Below, piece by piece: positions 18,766 through 27,664 of a DNA stretch of 48,528 bases. The first letter of the stretch is position 1; every line of letters begins with the position of its first letter. Position numbers and translations under genes: made by a program. The DNA comes from Bacteroidota bacterium (GTDB lineage Bacteria > Bacteroidota > Bacteroidia > Bacteroidales > GCA-2748055), in contig JAIFNN010000009.1 of NCBI GenBank assembly GCA_020047715.1, positions 1-48,528 of the forward strand, given 5' to 3'. The notes below the pieces were generated by a model. It was given only the letters and a program-made list of their open reading frames with translations. It did no database searches and was not told the origin of the DNA.

Positions 18766-19504
18766 GCAATTACTAATGCGTCGGATTGCGGGGGTACAAA
18801 GCTCCGAAGGAGCTTAATTTCAATAATCGTGGGCATCAGCGTGAGCTCAGCCGAACAGACATAATCCGGGAAAAATTGGTTTCCATACTATTATTATGCT
18901 TTAGAATTGTTGTCTGCAAAGCTCTGAAAGAGCTTAATTTCAATAATCGTGGGCGTCAGCCCACGGTATAAGGTGATGATGTTGCCTCAGCCCTGAAAGG
19001 GTTGAACAGGAATGGTAATGCTAGTTCTACCTTCACCCCCTCCGGGGATGTTGATGTTACGTGTATTTTCCGTGGGTGACAACCCACGGTATAAGGTGAT
19101 GATGTTGCCTCAGCCCTGAAAGGGTTGAACAGGAATGGCAATGCTAGTTCTACGTTCACCCCCTTCGGGGATGTTAGATGTTTCGTACCTTTTCCGTGGG
19201 TTGTCACCCACGGTTATTGAGATTTAGCCACTTCGTGGCATTTCGTATGCCATGGTCTTTATGCAATTAATAATGCTGTCGGATTGTGGGAGGCAAAGCT
19301 CTGAAAGAGCTTAATTTCAATAACCGTGGGCTTCGACGTGAGCTCAGCCGAACAGATACAATCAGGGAAAAATCGGTTTCCATACTATTATAATGCTTTA
19401 GAATTGTTGTCTGCAAAGCTCTGAAAGAGCTTAATCTCAATAACCGTGGGTGACAACCCACGGTATAAGGTGATGATGTTTCCTCAGCCCTGAAAGGGTT
19501 GAAC
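18766..19504. repeat. mosaic REP/BIME-like repeat array (modules M1-M5) adjoining the 3' end (stop-codon side) of the RAYT gene
   Basis: Hairpins CCGTGGG(N)-4nt-(N)CCCACGG at 18948-18965, 19070-19089, 19194-19213 (inverted orientation) and 19444-19463. Module copies: 18766-18834 matches 19263-19331; 18835-18954 matches 19331-19450; 18948-19008 matches 19070-19130 and 19444-19504; 19009-19078 matches 19131-19200. Confidence 0.85.
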
Positions 19505-19511
19505 CAGACAA

Positions 19512-19958
19512 CTACGGAAAATAGGTTTCATTTACCTCAATACCATGCTCTTTAAGTAACCTTCTTAACTCATCCTCAAATGACTCTTCTTTATGATGTT
19601 CCTGCTGATTTTTTATATAGTTAACAATCATGTCTTTATCCCTCCATGCATAAGTAAGTGCGGCATAACCATCAGCCCATCCCTCGAAAGCCGAAAATTT
19701 CCCTGATTGCTTTAGCCAGATCGACGATGACGTTTTGATGTCACGGAGATAATCAGCTAAAGCAATATTCGGATGTAAATCGCTCAAAAGGTGAATATGG
19801 TCTTCCATGCCATTAATGCGATATAAGAAGCAATTTTTGTTTTTTATTGTCCCCAGAATATAGGCGTATAGCTCATTAATATGTTCTTGAGCCAGCGTTT
19901 TCTTGCTGTTTTTGGTGCGAAAAACGATATGATACAAGATTTGGCGGTAACTTGACAT
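19512..19958 (-). CDS. IS200/IS605 TnpA-like Y1 HUH transposase, REP-associated (RAYT-like)
   Basis: 148 aa. HUH motif in MEDHIHLL and a C-terminal tyrosine helix VNYIKNQQEHH. No TnpB partner. Flanked on both sides by REP-like hairpin arrays. Confidence 0.85.
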   Translation of the reverse strand: MSSYRQILYHIVFRTKNSKKTLAQEHINELYAYILGTIKNKNCFLYRINGMEDHIHLLSDLHPNIALADYLRDIKTSSSIWLKQSGKFSAFEGWADGYAALTYAWRDKDMIVNYIKNQQEHHKEESFEDELRRLLKEHGIEVNETYFP

Positions 19959-20008
19959 AGTTTTTACTTTTATTGTTCAACCCTACAGGATGCTTTTTGT
20001 TTTTTTAA

Positions 20009-20197
20009 CCGTGGGCTGTAGCCCACGGTTATTGAGATTTGGCCACTTCGTGGCATTGCGTTTGCCATGGTCTTTCGCAATTACTAATGCGTCGGATTGC
20101 GGAGGGCAAAGCTCTGAAAGAGCTTAATTTCAATAACCGTGGGCGTCAGCCCACTGAAACAAGGTATAAATGTAGCCTCAGCCCTGAAAGGGTTGAA
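20009..20197. repeat. REP/BIME-like repeat array adjoining the 5' end (start-codon side) of the RAYT gene
   Basis: Hairpin ccgtgggctgtagcccacgg at 20009-20028. 20009-20146 is a direct near-copy of 19194-19331 (modules M5 + M1). A degenerate M3 copy lies at 20139-20197. Confidence 0.85.
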
Positions 20198-20237
20198 TAT
20201 GAATAATATAAGATAAAATTCGCGGAGGCGATACGAG

Positions 20238-21542
20238 TTAAATCCTCTCAATCTTGGCCCCCAACGCATTCAACCGCACATCAATGCTCTCGTACCCACG
20301 GTCTATTTGTTCGATGTTGTGAATGGTGCTGATTCCCTCAGCCGACATGGCAGCAATCAGCAAAGCAACTCCGGCCCGTATATCGGGGGAGGTCATCACG
20401 GTTGAACGGAGTTTTATTTTGTTGTCCAATCCGATAACGGTTGCCCTGTGCGGATCGCAGAGGATAATCTGAGCTCCCATGTCGATAATTTTATCCACAA
20501 AGAACAGTCGGCTCTCGAACATCTTCTGGTGAATAAGGATGCTTCCTTTTGCCTGAGTGGCGATTACAAGGATCACGCTCAGCAAGTCGGGGGTAAGTCC
20601 GGGCCAGGGAGCATCGGCAATGGTAAGGATTGCGCCGTCGATAAAGGTGTCGATTTCGTAATGTTCCTGTGCCGGAATGTAAATATCGTCGTTTCTGAGT
20701 TCCATCTGAATCCCCATCCGCTTAAATGCGTCGGGTATGATTCCCAGCATATCATAGCGTACGTCTTTGATGGTGAGTTCAGAGTGTGTCATGGCTGCCA
20801 TTCCGATAAAACTGCCGATCTCGATCATATCGGGAAGGATAGCATGCTCGGTTCCCCTGAGGGAAGCTACACCGTCTATTGTCAAAAGGTTGGAACTGAT
20901 ACCGCTGATTTTCGCACCCATCCGGTTTAGCATCAGGCAGAGCTGCTGAATGTAGGGCTCGCAGGCAGCATTATAGATTGTTGTGGTTCCCTTGGCCAGA
21001 ACAGCAGCCATGATGATGTTTGCTGTACCGGTAACAGATGCCTCATCAAGAAGCATAAAGCAACCCTTGAGCTCCGATGCCTCAACTGTATAGAAATAAT
21101 TTTTAGAGTCGAAATTGAATCTGGCACCCAAATTCTGGAAGCCGATAAAATGGGTGTCGAGGCGTCGCCTTCCGATTTTATCTCCCCCGGGCTTAGGAAT
21201 AAAAGCTTTGCCATAGCGCCCCAGCAAAGGGCCAACGGTCATAACGGATCCCCGGAGGGCTGTACTCTTGTCGTAAAAATCGTTGGTCTGAAGGTAATCC
21301 AGATTGATTTCCGCGGCGGTAAAGGTGTATTTGTTTGGGGAGTGCTTTTCAACCCTCACGCCCATGTCGTTGAGCAGCTCGATAAGCTTTCTAACGTCAC
21401 GGATGTTGGGGATATTTGAAACTGTAACCGGCTCAGGCGTGAGAAGAGTGGCACAAAGAATCTGCAGGGCTTCGTTTTTTGCCCCCTGCGGAGTAATCAT
21501 TCCGCTTAATGTGTGACCCCCTTCAATACGGAAGCTGCTCAT
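20238..21542 (-). CDS. murA: UDP-N-acetylglucosamine 1-carboxyvinyltransferase
   Basis: 434 aa. EPSP-synthase-fold motifs (QGAKNEALQI, active-site loop KPGGDKIGRRRLD). Confidence 0.94.
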   Translation of the reverse strand: MSSFRIEGGHTLSGMITPQGAKNEALQILCATLLTPEPVTVSNIPNIRDVRKLIELLNDMGVRVEKHSPNKYTFTAAEINLDYLQTNDFYDKSTALRGSVMTVGPLLGRYGKAFIPKPGGDKIGRRRLDTHFIGFQNLGARFNFDSKNYFYTVEASELKGCFMLLDEASVTGTANIIMAAVLAKGTTTIYNAACEPYIQQLCLMLNRMGAKISGISSNLLTIDGVASLRGTEHAILPDMIEIGSFIGMAAMTHSELTIKDVRYDMLGIIPDAFKRMGIQMELRNDDIYIPAQEHYEIDTFIDGAILTIADAPWPGLTPDLLSVILVIATQAKGSILIHQKMFESRLFFVDKIIDMGAQIILCDPHRATVIGLDNKIKLRSTVMTSPDIRAGVALLIAAMSAEGISTIHNIEQIDRGYESIDVRLNALGAKIERI

Positions 21543-21545
21543 TAT

Positions 21546-22157
21546 TTACATTTTCTTTTTAATCGGTTTAACCGGTTTTTTAGGCTTGCGGTTTTTGTTA
21601 AGAATATCGCGCGTTTCAGATAATTTCAGGGCTTCAACTTTAACGTCGATTTTTCCTCCGGAAAGTTCTTTCAAATCCAGGAAGATATGCTCATCGTTCA
21701 CTACTTCACGATTCCAGGTTAGATAAGACTTCTTCATGTGGTTGGCCAGCATGGAAATCAGGACTTCCTTTTCTTCGCCTTCTTCCATTTCAACCGCTTT
21801 TTTGATCATCTGTTCCATGTACTTGCCATAATGCTTGTAACGGATACCTCCCTGGTTGTAAGTAAGGGGATTTGGTTTCTCAAGAAGCTTGATGCGTTCG
21901 ATGGTTTCGTAGGGGGAGTCGATGTCCAGCTCGAAATTCGAAATAATGGCAAGATGGTCCCATAACTTATGCTTGAAATCGGCGATATCCCTGAGGTGGG
22001 GATTCAGATTCCCCATTATGCTTATAATTGTGCGGGCTGCTTTGTTTCGTTCTTCCCTGTCTTCAATAGTCTTGATGTGATCAACCATCTTCTGGACGTT
22101 GCGGCCATACTCGGGAAGATCCATCATTTTGCGACTGGTATTGTAATCGTAATCCAT
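21546..22157 (-). CDS. DUF4290 domain protein
   Basis: The LPEYGRNVQKMV N-terminal motif and the position upstream of murA are typical of Bacteroidota. The ORF-track start at 22175 is a TTG; I prefer ATG 22157 (MDYDYNTSRK). Confidence 0.7.
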   Translation of the reverse strand: MDYDYNTSRKMMDLPEYGRNVQKMVDHIKTIEDREERNKAARTIISIMGNLNPHLRDIADFKHKLWDHLAIISNFELDIDSPYETIERIKLLEKPNPLTYNQGGIRYKHYGKYMEQMIKKAVEMEEGEEKEVLISMLANHMKKSYLTWNREVVNDEHIFLDLKELSGGKIDVKVEALKLSETRDILNKNRKPKKPVKPIKKKM

Positions 22158-22191
22158 TTTATAAATTTTATGCAAAGCTAGGGAATTTAGT

Positions 22192-24477
22192 TTAGTTCAC
22201 AATTTTTAATTTTGCAAATTTAAGAAGCAGCTGTTTTTTCCCGTGGTTTGTAAAATCAACGGTGGCTTTGTCTCCCTCCAGGGCAGTTACCTCGCCAACT
22301 CCAAACCGTGAATGCTCCACATTTGTGCCAATGTGAATATCCGACAAGTCTGCAGACGGGCTTGTATTTGCATTGGCATTGTTGTTAACTCTAAGTAACT
22401 TCCTTTCCCGCAGGTAACCGGTGTTTGCCGGTTTTGGTTCCAGGGTGGCAGAAGGCTTGGTGTTATCGTTTATGTACCGTGTGGATTTCGGGGGAGGGGA
22501 AGGCGCAGCTGACATGGGGAATTCGAGATACTCCTCGGAAATCTCTGAAATGAACCGGCTGGGATTGCAGTTACCAAGCAGTCCCCATTTATAGCGCGAA
22601 TTAGCAAAACTCAGACTTATGCTGTCTTCGGCGCGGGTGAGAGCCACATAAAACAAACGGCGTTCCTCCTCAAGATCTTTGGGATTTGTGACACTCATGT
22701 GCGAAGGAAATAATTCCTCCTCTACGCCAACAATGCACACATGCTTGAATTCCAATCCTTTTGCGGCATGTATTGTCATAAGGGTTACCTTGTTGTGGTC
22801 CTCGGCTTTCTCAGTATCGGCATCGGTGAGCAGGGTAACGGTTTGAAGGTAATTGGGAAGTCCGGGACCATCACCCTCCTCACGGGTTTCGGTGAACTCG
22901 CGGATTCCGTTCAGAAGGGCTTCCACATTGTCGTAACGACTTATGCCCTCGGGAGTTTTGTCTTCGCGGAGTTCCTTAAGGATTCCGAGACTTGTTACCA
23001 TGCTGTAAGCCAGATCGAAAGCTTCCATTTCCTCCAGTTTCCCCCGAAAATCTTTTATAAGTGATGCGAAAGCGGTGGTTTTTGCAATTACGCCATTGTT
23101 GAAGAAGGCTTGCATCGACGCGGGATTCTCAATAACGTTCCACATGGTGGTATTCGATGCTGCGGCAAGCTCCTCTATTTTTTGTATGCTGGTTTTGCCA
23201 ATCCCCCGGAGAGGATAATTGATTACCCTTTTAAATGCCTCCTCGTCAGCGGGATTTACCACCAGCTTGAAATAAGCAAGAATGTCTTTGATCTCCTTTC
23301 GCTGAAAAAACGAAACTCCCCCGTAAATTTTGTAGGGGATGTTCAGCTTCCGCAGGGATTCTTCGAAAATCCTCGACTGCGCGTTGGTTCTGTAAAGAAT
23401 GGCGAAATCCTTGTATTGGTATTGCCTTGCGAAAAGCAGGTCCTTGATCAGGTTGGCAATTAAAAACCCTTCCTCGTTATCTGCGCGTGCTTCGATGACC
23501 CTGATCTTTTCGCCTTCCTGTTTTTCGGAAAAGACTTTTTTCTGGATCTGTTCTTTGTTGTTGGCGATGATGCTGTTTGCCGCATTCACAATATTCTGGG
23601 TAGATCTGTAATTGCGCTCGAGTTTATGGAGGCTGACTTCAGGGTAGTCGCGTTTGAAGTTCAGGATGTTTTCGATTCTTGCTCCCCTGAAAGAATAAAT
23701 ACTCTGCGCATCGTCGCCCACAACGCACACGTTGCTGTGATTTTGGGCCAGTTTTCTGATAATGAGGTACTGACTGTAATTGGTATCCTGGTACTCATCT
23801 ACCAGAATGTATTTAAACGCTGCCTGGTATTTTTCAAGAATAGCAGGATGGTCGCGAAACAAGATATTGGTGTTGAGCAAGAGATCATCGAAATCCATCG
23901 CGCCGGCTTTTTTGCATCGAGAGGCATACCGGCTGTAGATGACGGCCATCATGGGCCGGCGGTTGTTGCTGTCGCGCGTGGCAATTTCGGTGCTGGCAGC
24001 ATAGGCTTCAGGGGTAACGAGATTGTTTTTGGCGCTGCTGATGCGGCCGAGGACTTCCGAAGGCTTGTAGATCTTCTCGTCGAGGTTCATCTCCTTCATT
24101 ATGGTCTTGAGAAGGTTTTTGGAGTCGGTGGTATCGTAGATGGTATAGTCGGAAGGGTAGGACAGGGCAGGGGCTTCCAGTCGGAGAATCCGGGCGAAGA
24201 TGGAATGGAAGGTACCCATCCAGAGTTTTCGTGCTGCCTCAGGCCCAACCAGAGAACCTATTCTGCTCTTCATTTCAGCAGCAGCCTTATTTGTGAAGGT
24301 AAGGGCCAACACCGATGCCGGGTGAACACCTTCCGAAAGCATATGGGCAATGCGGTAAGTCAGCACACGGGTCTTTCCGGAACCCGCGCCGGCAATGATT
24401 AGCGCAGGTCCTTTGAAGTTTACGACAGCTTCTCGCTGTTCGTTATTTAGTTCTTTAAGAAGGTCTTTCACTTTCAC
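22192..24477 (-). CDS. UvrD/PcrA/Rep-family SF1 DNA helicase
   Basis: Motif I AGAGSGKTRVLTYRIA, motif II ILVDEYQDTN, motif III VVGDDAQSIYSFRGA, TIHAAKGLEF, and a C-terminal tudor-like tail. The start is GTG at 24477. There is no in-frame ATG upstream of the Walker A. Confidence 0.92.
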   Translation of the reverse strand: MKVKDLLKELNNEQREAVVNFKGPALIIAGAGSGKTRVLTYRIAHMLSEGVHPASVLALTFTNKAAAEMKSRIGSLVGPEAARKLWMGTFHSIFARILRLEAPALSYPSDYTIYDTTDSKNLLKTIMKEMNLDEKIYKPSEVLGRISSAKNNLVTPEAYAASTEIATRDSNNRRPMMAVIYSRYASRCKKAGAMDFDDLLLNTNILFRDHPAILEKYQAAFKYILVDEYQDTNYSQYLIIRKLAQNHSNVCVVGDDAQSIYSFRGARIENILNFKRDYPEVSLHKLERNYRSTQNIVNAANSIIANNKEQIQKKVFSEKQEGEKIRVIEARADNEEGFLIANLIKDLLFARQYQYKDFAILYRTNAQSRIFEESLRKLNIPYKIYGGVSFFQRKEIKDILAYFKLVVNPADEEAFKRVINYPLRGIGKTSIQKIEELAAASNTTMWNVIENPASMQAFFNNGVIAKTTAFASLIKDFRGKLEEMEAFDLAYSMVTSLGILKELREDKTPEGISRYDNVEALLNGIREFTETREEGDGPGLPNYLQTVTLLTDADTEKAEDHNKVTLMTIHAAKGLEFKHVCIVGVEEELFPSHMSVTNPKDLEEERRLFYVALTRAEDSISLSFANSRYKWGLLGNCNPSRFISEISEEYLEFPMSAAPSPPPKSTRYINDNTKPSATLEPKPANTGYLRERKLLRVNNNANANTSPSADLSDIHIGTNVEHSRFGVGEVTALEGDKATVDFTNHGKKQLLLKFAKLKIVN

Positions 24478-25060
24478 TTTTTTGAGGATGCCAAAATACT
24501 ATTAGATAAACTTAAAACAGAGATTTTTCTGAAAAACTTTTCAACTGAAAATTGCTAACGCCTCCTTCAACATAGTTTTATTATTCAATTAATGTTACTT
24601 GAGAGAGATTATTATCTCCTTTCCCTTAATGTGTTTTCAAATCAAATATCTGCCATTGAGTTACATTTTTTTTTAGTTGGGATTAGTTGAATTTTGAAAA
24701 TGAAGTCATATGTTACTTGTAATTACATGTAAATCAGTAAGATGAAATTTTAAGAATATTTTATTTTTTTGTTTTTTAAGTACTAGATTTTCTGATTACA
24801 GTGATTAAGGATAAACCTGGATGTTATTCTTTCTTAAGAATTTATTTTAGATGCTGATTATTTTTTACCTTTAACTAAAAAAGATCGAGGTTAGCAAGAT
24901 TTGTATTTCATAAATACCTCTTATTGAATATGTTATTTCATTATCTGCTTCACCGGTACCGGAATTCTGTTTTATAGATTTGAGGGAATTGTGAACTCTG
25001 ATTGCTGGCCCACCTTGTTATGGGGCTCTAATTTAAATCGATAAAAAAATTTTCCCATTG

Positions 25061-25068
25061 TAAATTTG
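25061..25068 (+). promoter_or_regulatory. candidate -7 box (TAnnTTTG) for the ABC operon
   Basis: taaatttg matches the consensus and lies 55 nt upstream of ATG 25123. No convincing -33 TTTG was seen. Confidence 0.3.
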
Positions 25069-25122
25069 AAGTAGATTGAATTAGTCACCTTAATTTCTCG
25101 AAATGATCTAAAACATAGCTTA

Positions 25123-25875
25123 ATGAAACTGCGATTTGAAAATATCAGTAAGTCATACGGGAACAAACTTGTGTTTGAGAATTTTTCTTTTGAGTTTTCA
25201 CCAGGAAATACCTATTGTCTTCTGGGGGTAAACGGTGCAGGGAAAACAACCCTGCTAAATCTGATATTGCAATTTTTTCCGACGGATTCAGGTAAGATTT
25301 ACTTTGAAGGGGTTCATTATAGGAATTTGCCTCAATCTATAAGGCAGGGCATTGGTTTTTTAAGTGAATATTTAGATTTGATTGATGAATTGTCGTTTAT
25401 ACAATATTTAAGATTTGTCGGAAAGCTATATAAAGTGGATTCCAAAACCCTGGAAAAACGGATTAAGGAAATATGTGCTTACCTGTTCGAAGAAGATGTT
25501 GATCTGAATAAAAAAAGTTTATCGGTATTTTCAAGCGGAATGCGCAAAAAGGTTGCGATATGCGCGTCCTTCATTCATATTCCTGAATTATTAATACTGG
25601 ATGAACCTTTTTCGAACCTTGACCCGATATCGGCAAATATTGTGGTTGATCTGATAAATTCCTACAAAGATGAAAATCGTACCATTATTTTCTCTTCACA
25701 TAATCTCGATTACATCGAGAAGATCAACCCTGTTATTCTGGTAATCGACAATAAGAAAATAGTTTTTGATGGTTCTTTGGAAACCTTTACCAATAGCAGA
25801 AAAGATAAGATTGATGAGGCCTTATTTAAAACATTGAATGTTGAAAGTAAAAACCAGACAATAAAATGGATTTAG
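25123..25875 (+). CDS. ABC transporter ATP-binding protein
   Basis: Walker A GVNGAGKTT, signature FSSGMRKKV, Walker B LLILDEPFSNLDP, H-loop FSSHNL. 250 aa, with no fused TMD or peptidase domain. Confidence 0.9.
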   Translation: MKLRFENISKSYGNKLVFENFSFEFSPGNTYCLLGVNGAGKTTLLNLILQFFPTDSGKIYFEGVHYRNLPQSIRQGIGFLSEYLDLIDELSFIQYLRFVGKLYKVDSKTLEKRIKEICAYLFEEDVDLNKKSLSVFSSGMRKKVAICASFIHIPELLILDEPFSNLDPISANIVVDLINSYKDENRTIIFSSHNLDYIEKINPVILVIDNKKIVFDGSLETFTNSRKDKIDEALFKTLNVESKNQTIKWI

Positions 25876-27179
25876 CATTTTACATATTTCGATTGAAATT
25901 TGCGAACCTCGTTAATTGGAAGAAGAACAAATCCGGTTTATTGTTTTTGCTTTTCCTGTTTTTGGGATCGCTGTTAAATAGCTATTTCTTGATAAAGATT
26001 TTTGAAACTGAGTCAATTATTCCGCACAGAGAACAAATTCTGTATTATTTATTCCTGCTCATTTTTGTTTTTACTCTGCTTAGAAAATTCTTTCCGTTTT
26101 ATACAAAATTGTATAAGCTTGTATTGAATCATCATCCAAGGTCAGGGATTTATCGATATTCTGTGAATTTATCGGATGATTTCACATCCTTTTACTTTTT
26201 AAACACTTTGTTTTTCACCGCCTTATTGTTGAATTCTACCGTATTAAGCACTAATGAAGGAATAAAATTAATTCTTATCATTATTGCAGGCATAATCGTC
26301 AGGCGTTTGTTTCAGGTAGGACTATCTCAAAAATTCACAAATAGTTTTTTGAATGTTGTTCTGGTATTCGTGTTTGTCTTAATGATTATTGTTGGAAATT
26401 TATATTATCCATTCTTTACCCTGACAGTAAAAATTACGGATATCTTTTACCTGTTGTTGATATTTGCTTTTGGTTGTTTATATGAGGAAAGGCTTACATC
26501 TCGGATAATAAAGGAAAATGCCGCTTCTTCGATGGCCAGTCAGCTATTGAATTTAATTTTTAATCAGCGATTGGTAAGGAATTCACTTTTGCTTGGATTA
26601 TTGTTTAAGTCGTTCTTATTAGCCTTGATGACATTTTCATTTTATAAGAAGGGTAGTTACAATTTATTATTTATTGTTTATTTGTTTTCCTCACCAGTAA
26701 TACTATTCACCTATGCATTCAATAATACCTGGGGTTATTACCGGAATTTCTGGATTGTGTGCGATAAAGCGACAGGAAGTGGCCTGAAATTATTTTGGTT
26801 TCATATTTCATTATTGAAGTACCCTTTGCTTGGGGATATACTCATAACCGGCATATTTTTACTTTGTAATAAAACCATTGCATTACATGGCCTTATTTCA
26901 TATTTGACTACTCTGCCCCTTTTAATAACCTTAAGTTTTTATTGGTCTGTTTATTTCCCTCTTTATATTGGAAATGATTTTGGCTTTAAATTCAATACAT
27001 CCTTTTTATCTTCAATAACAACCATCTTAATTGTTCTTGGATTATTCCCTATTTTTTATTCAAAATGGTTCTTTTTCCTTATTCCATTTTATTTATTGAT
27101 TTCAACTCTATTATTTAAAAATATAAATAGCTTTTACTCTAAAAACAGGATAAGCCTATATGATTCATTATTTAAATAA
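25866..27179 (+). CDS. polytopic membrane protein, presumed permease partner of the upstream ABC ATPase; family not recognised
   Basis: 437 aa, about 10-12 hydrophobic segments and no large loops. Its ATG overlaps the ATPase stop by 10 nt, which suggests translational coupling. Confidence 0.65.
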   Translation: MDLAFYIFRLKFANLVNWKKNKSGLLFLLFLFLGSLLNSYFLIKIFETESIIPHREQILYYLFLLIFVFTLLRKFFPFYTKLYKLVLNHHPRSGIYRYSVNLSDDFTSFYFLNTLFFTALLLNSTVLSTNEGIKLILIIIAGIIVRRLFQVGLSQKFTNSFLNVVLVFVFVLMIIVGNLYYPFFTLTVKITDIFYLLLIFAFGCLYEERLTSRIIKENAASSMASQLLNLIFNQRLVRNSLLLGLLFKSFLLALMTFSFYKKGSYNLLFIVYLFSSPVILFTYAFNNTWGYYRNFWIVCDKATGSGLKLFWFHISLLKYPLLGDILITGIFLLCNKTIALHGLISYLTTLPLLITLSFYWSVYFPLYIGNDFGFKFNTSFLSSITTILIVLGLFPIFYSKWFFFLIPFYLLISTLLFKNINSFYSKNRISLYDSLFK

Positions 27180-27664
27180 TTATCCCTCCAAATAGCCAGC
27201 CTAACTTTTATTTCTTGTTAAATTAGTATAAATCTTAAGTGCAGTAAATGTCGCTTGCAATTGAACGAATCCATAAGTTACCAAACATAAAAAAAGAATA
27301 GAGGAGATTGTCATTGGTTCGGTTAGTATAAAGAAGTTCGGGATCTTAACGAAATTGCAACTAATAGATAATCAATTTAATAAGAAGTCTTTAAAATAAA
27401 ATAGTAAAATATTTGATTTTGGAGTACTAGATTTAGTTTGATGTGACATTAAGTGGTAAAGTAGAACGCAAAAGGGTAATACAGGGGTTACCGCCCAAAG
27501 TCGAGGATCTGAGAGTGAAAATCGACACTAAATAATAGAGTAACCGAAGAAGGAAGCTGAAAATCGAAAGAGTAAGCATTATAAGCAATACTAACATAAG
27601 AAAATGGAATGTTTGCTTATCAAAATTGTTTAACTGAGACATAGTCTCCAAAAATTTAACAAAA

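Noticed and set aside
18786-19461. ORF-track entries inside the repeat arrays: 18786-18971 +, 18956-19207 -, 19267-19461 -, and also 20084-20269 -. Some have internally repeated peptides such as ALPFLFNPFRAEATSSPYTVG.
   Set aside because: The peptide repeats simply mirror the DNA module repeats. The ORFs cross hairpin junctions, overlap each other on both strands and lack any protein-like features. They are translation artefacts of the REP-like array.
18766-20197. Possible CRISPR array.
   Set aside because: The repeats are heterogeneous modules of 60-120 bp that also repeat as 'spacers'. There is no constant repeat/unique spacer periodicity and no cas genes. The Y1 transposase in the middle explains the structure better.
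27433-27651. 72-aa minus-strand ORF with a hydrophobic stretch, lying between the ABC permease and the lipoprotein gene.
   Set aside because: Its start would sit 13 nt from the divergent lipoprotein start codon, leaving no promoter space. The hydrophobicity is what the pyrimidine-rich complement of a purine-rich spacer gives by default. I have no other support.
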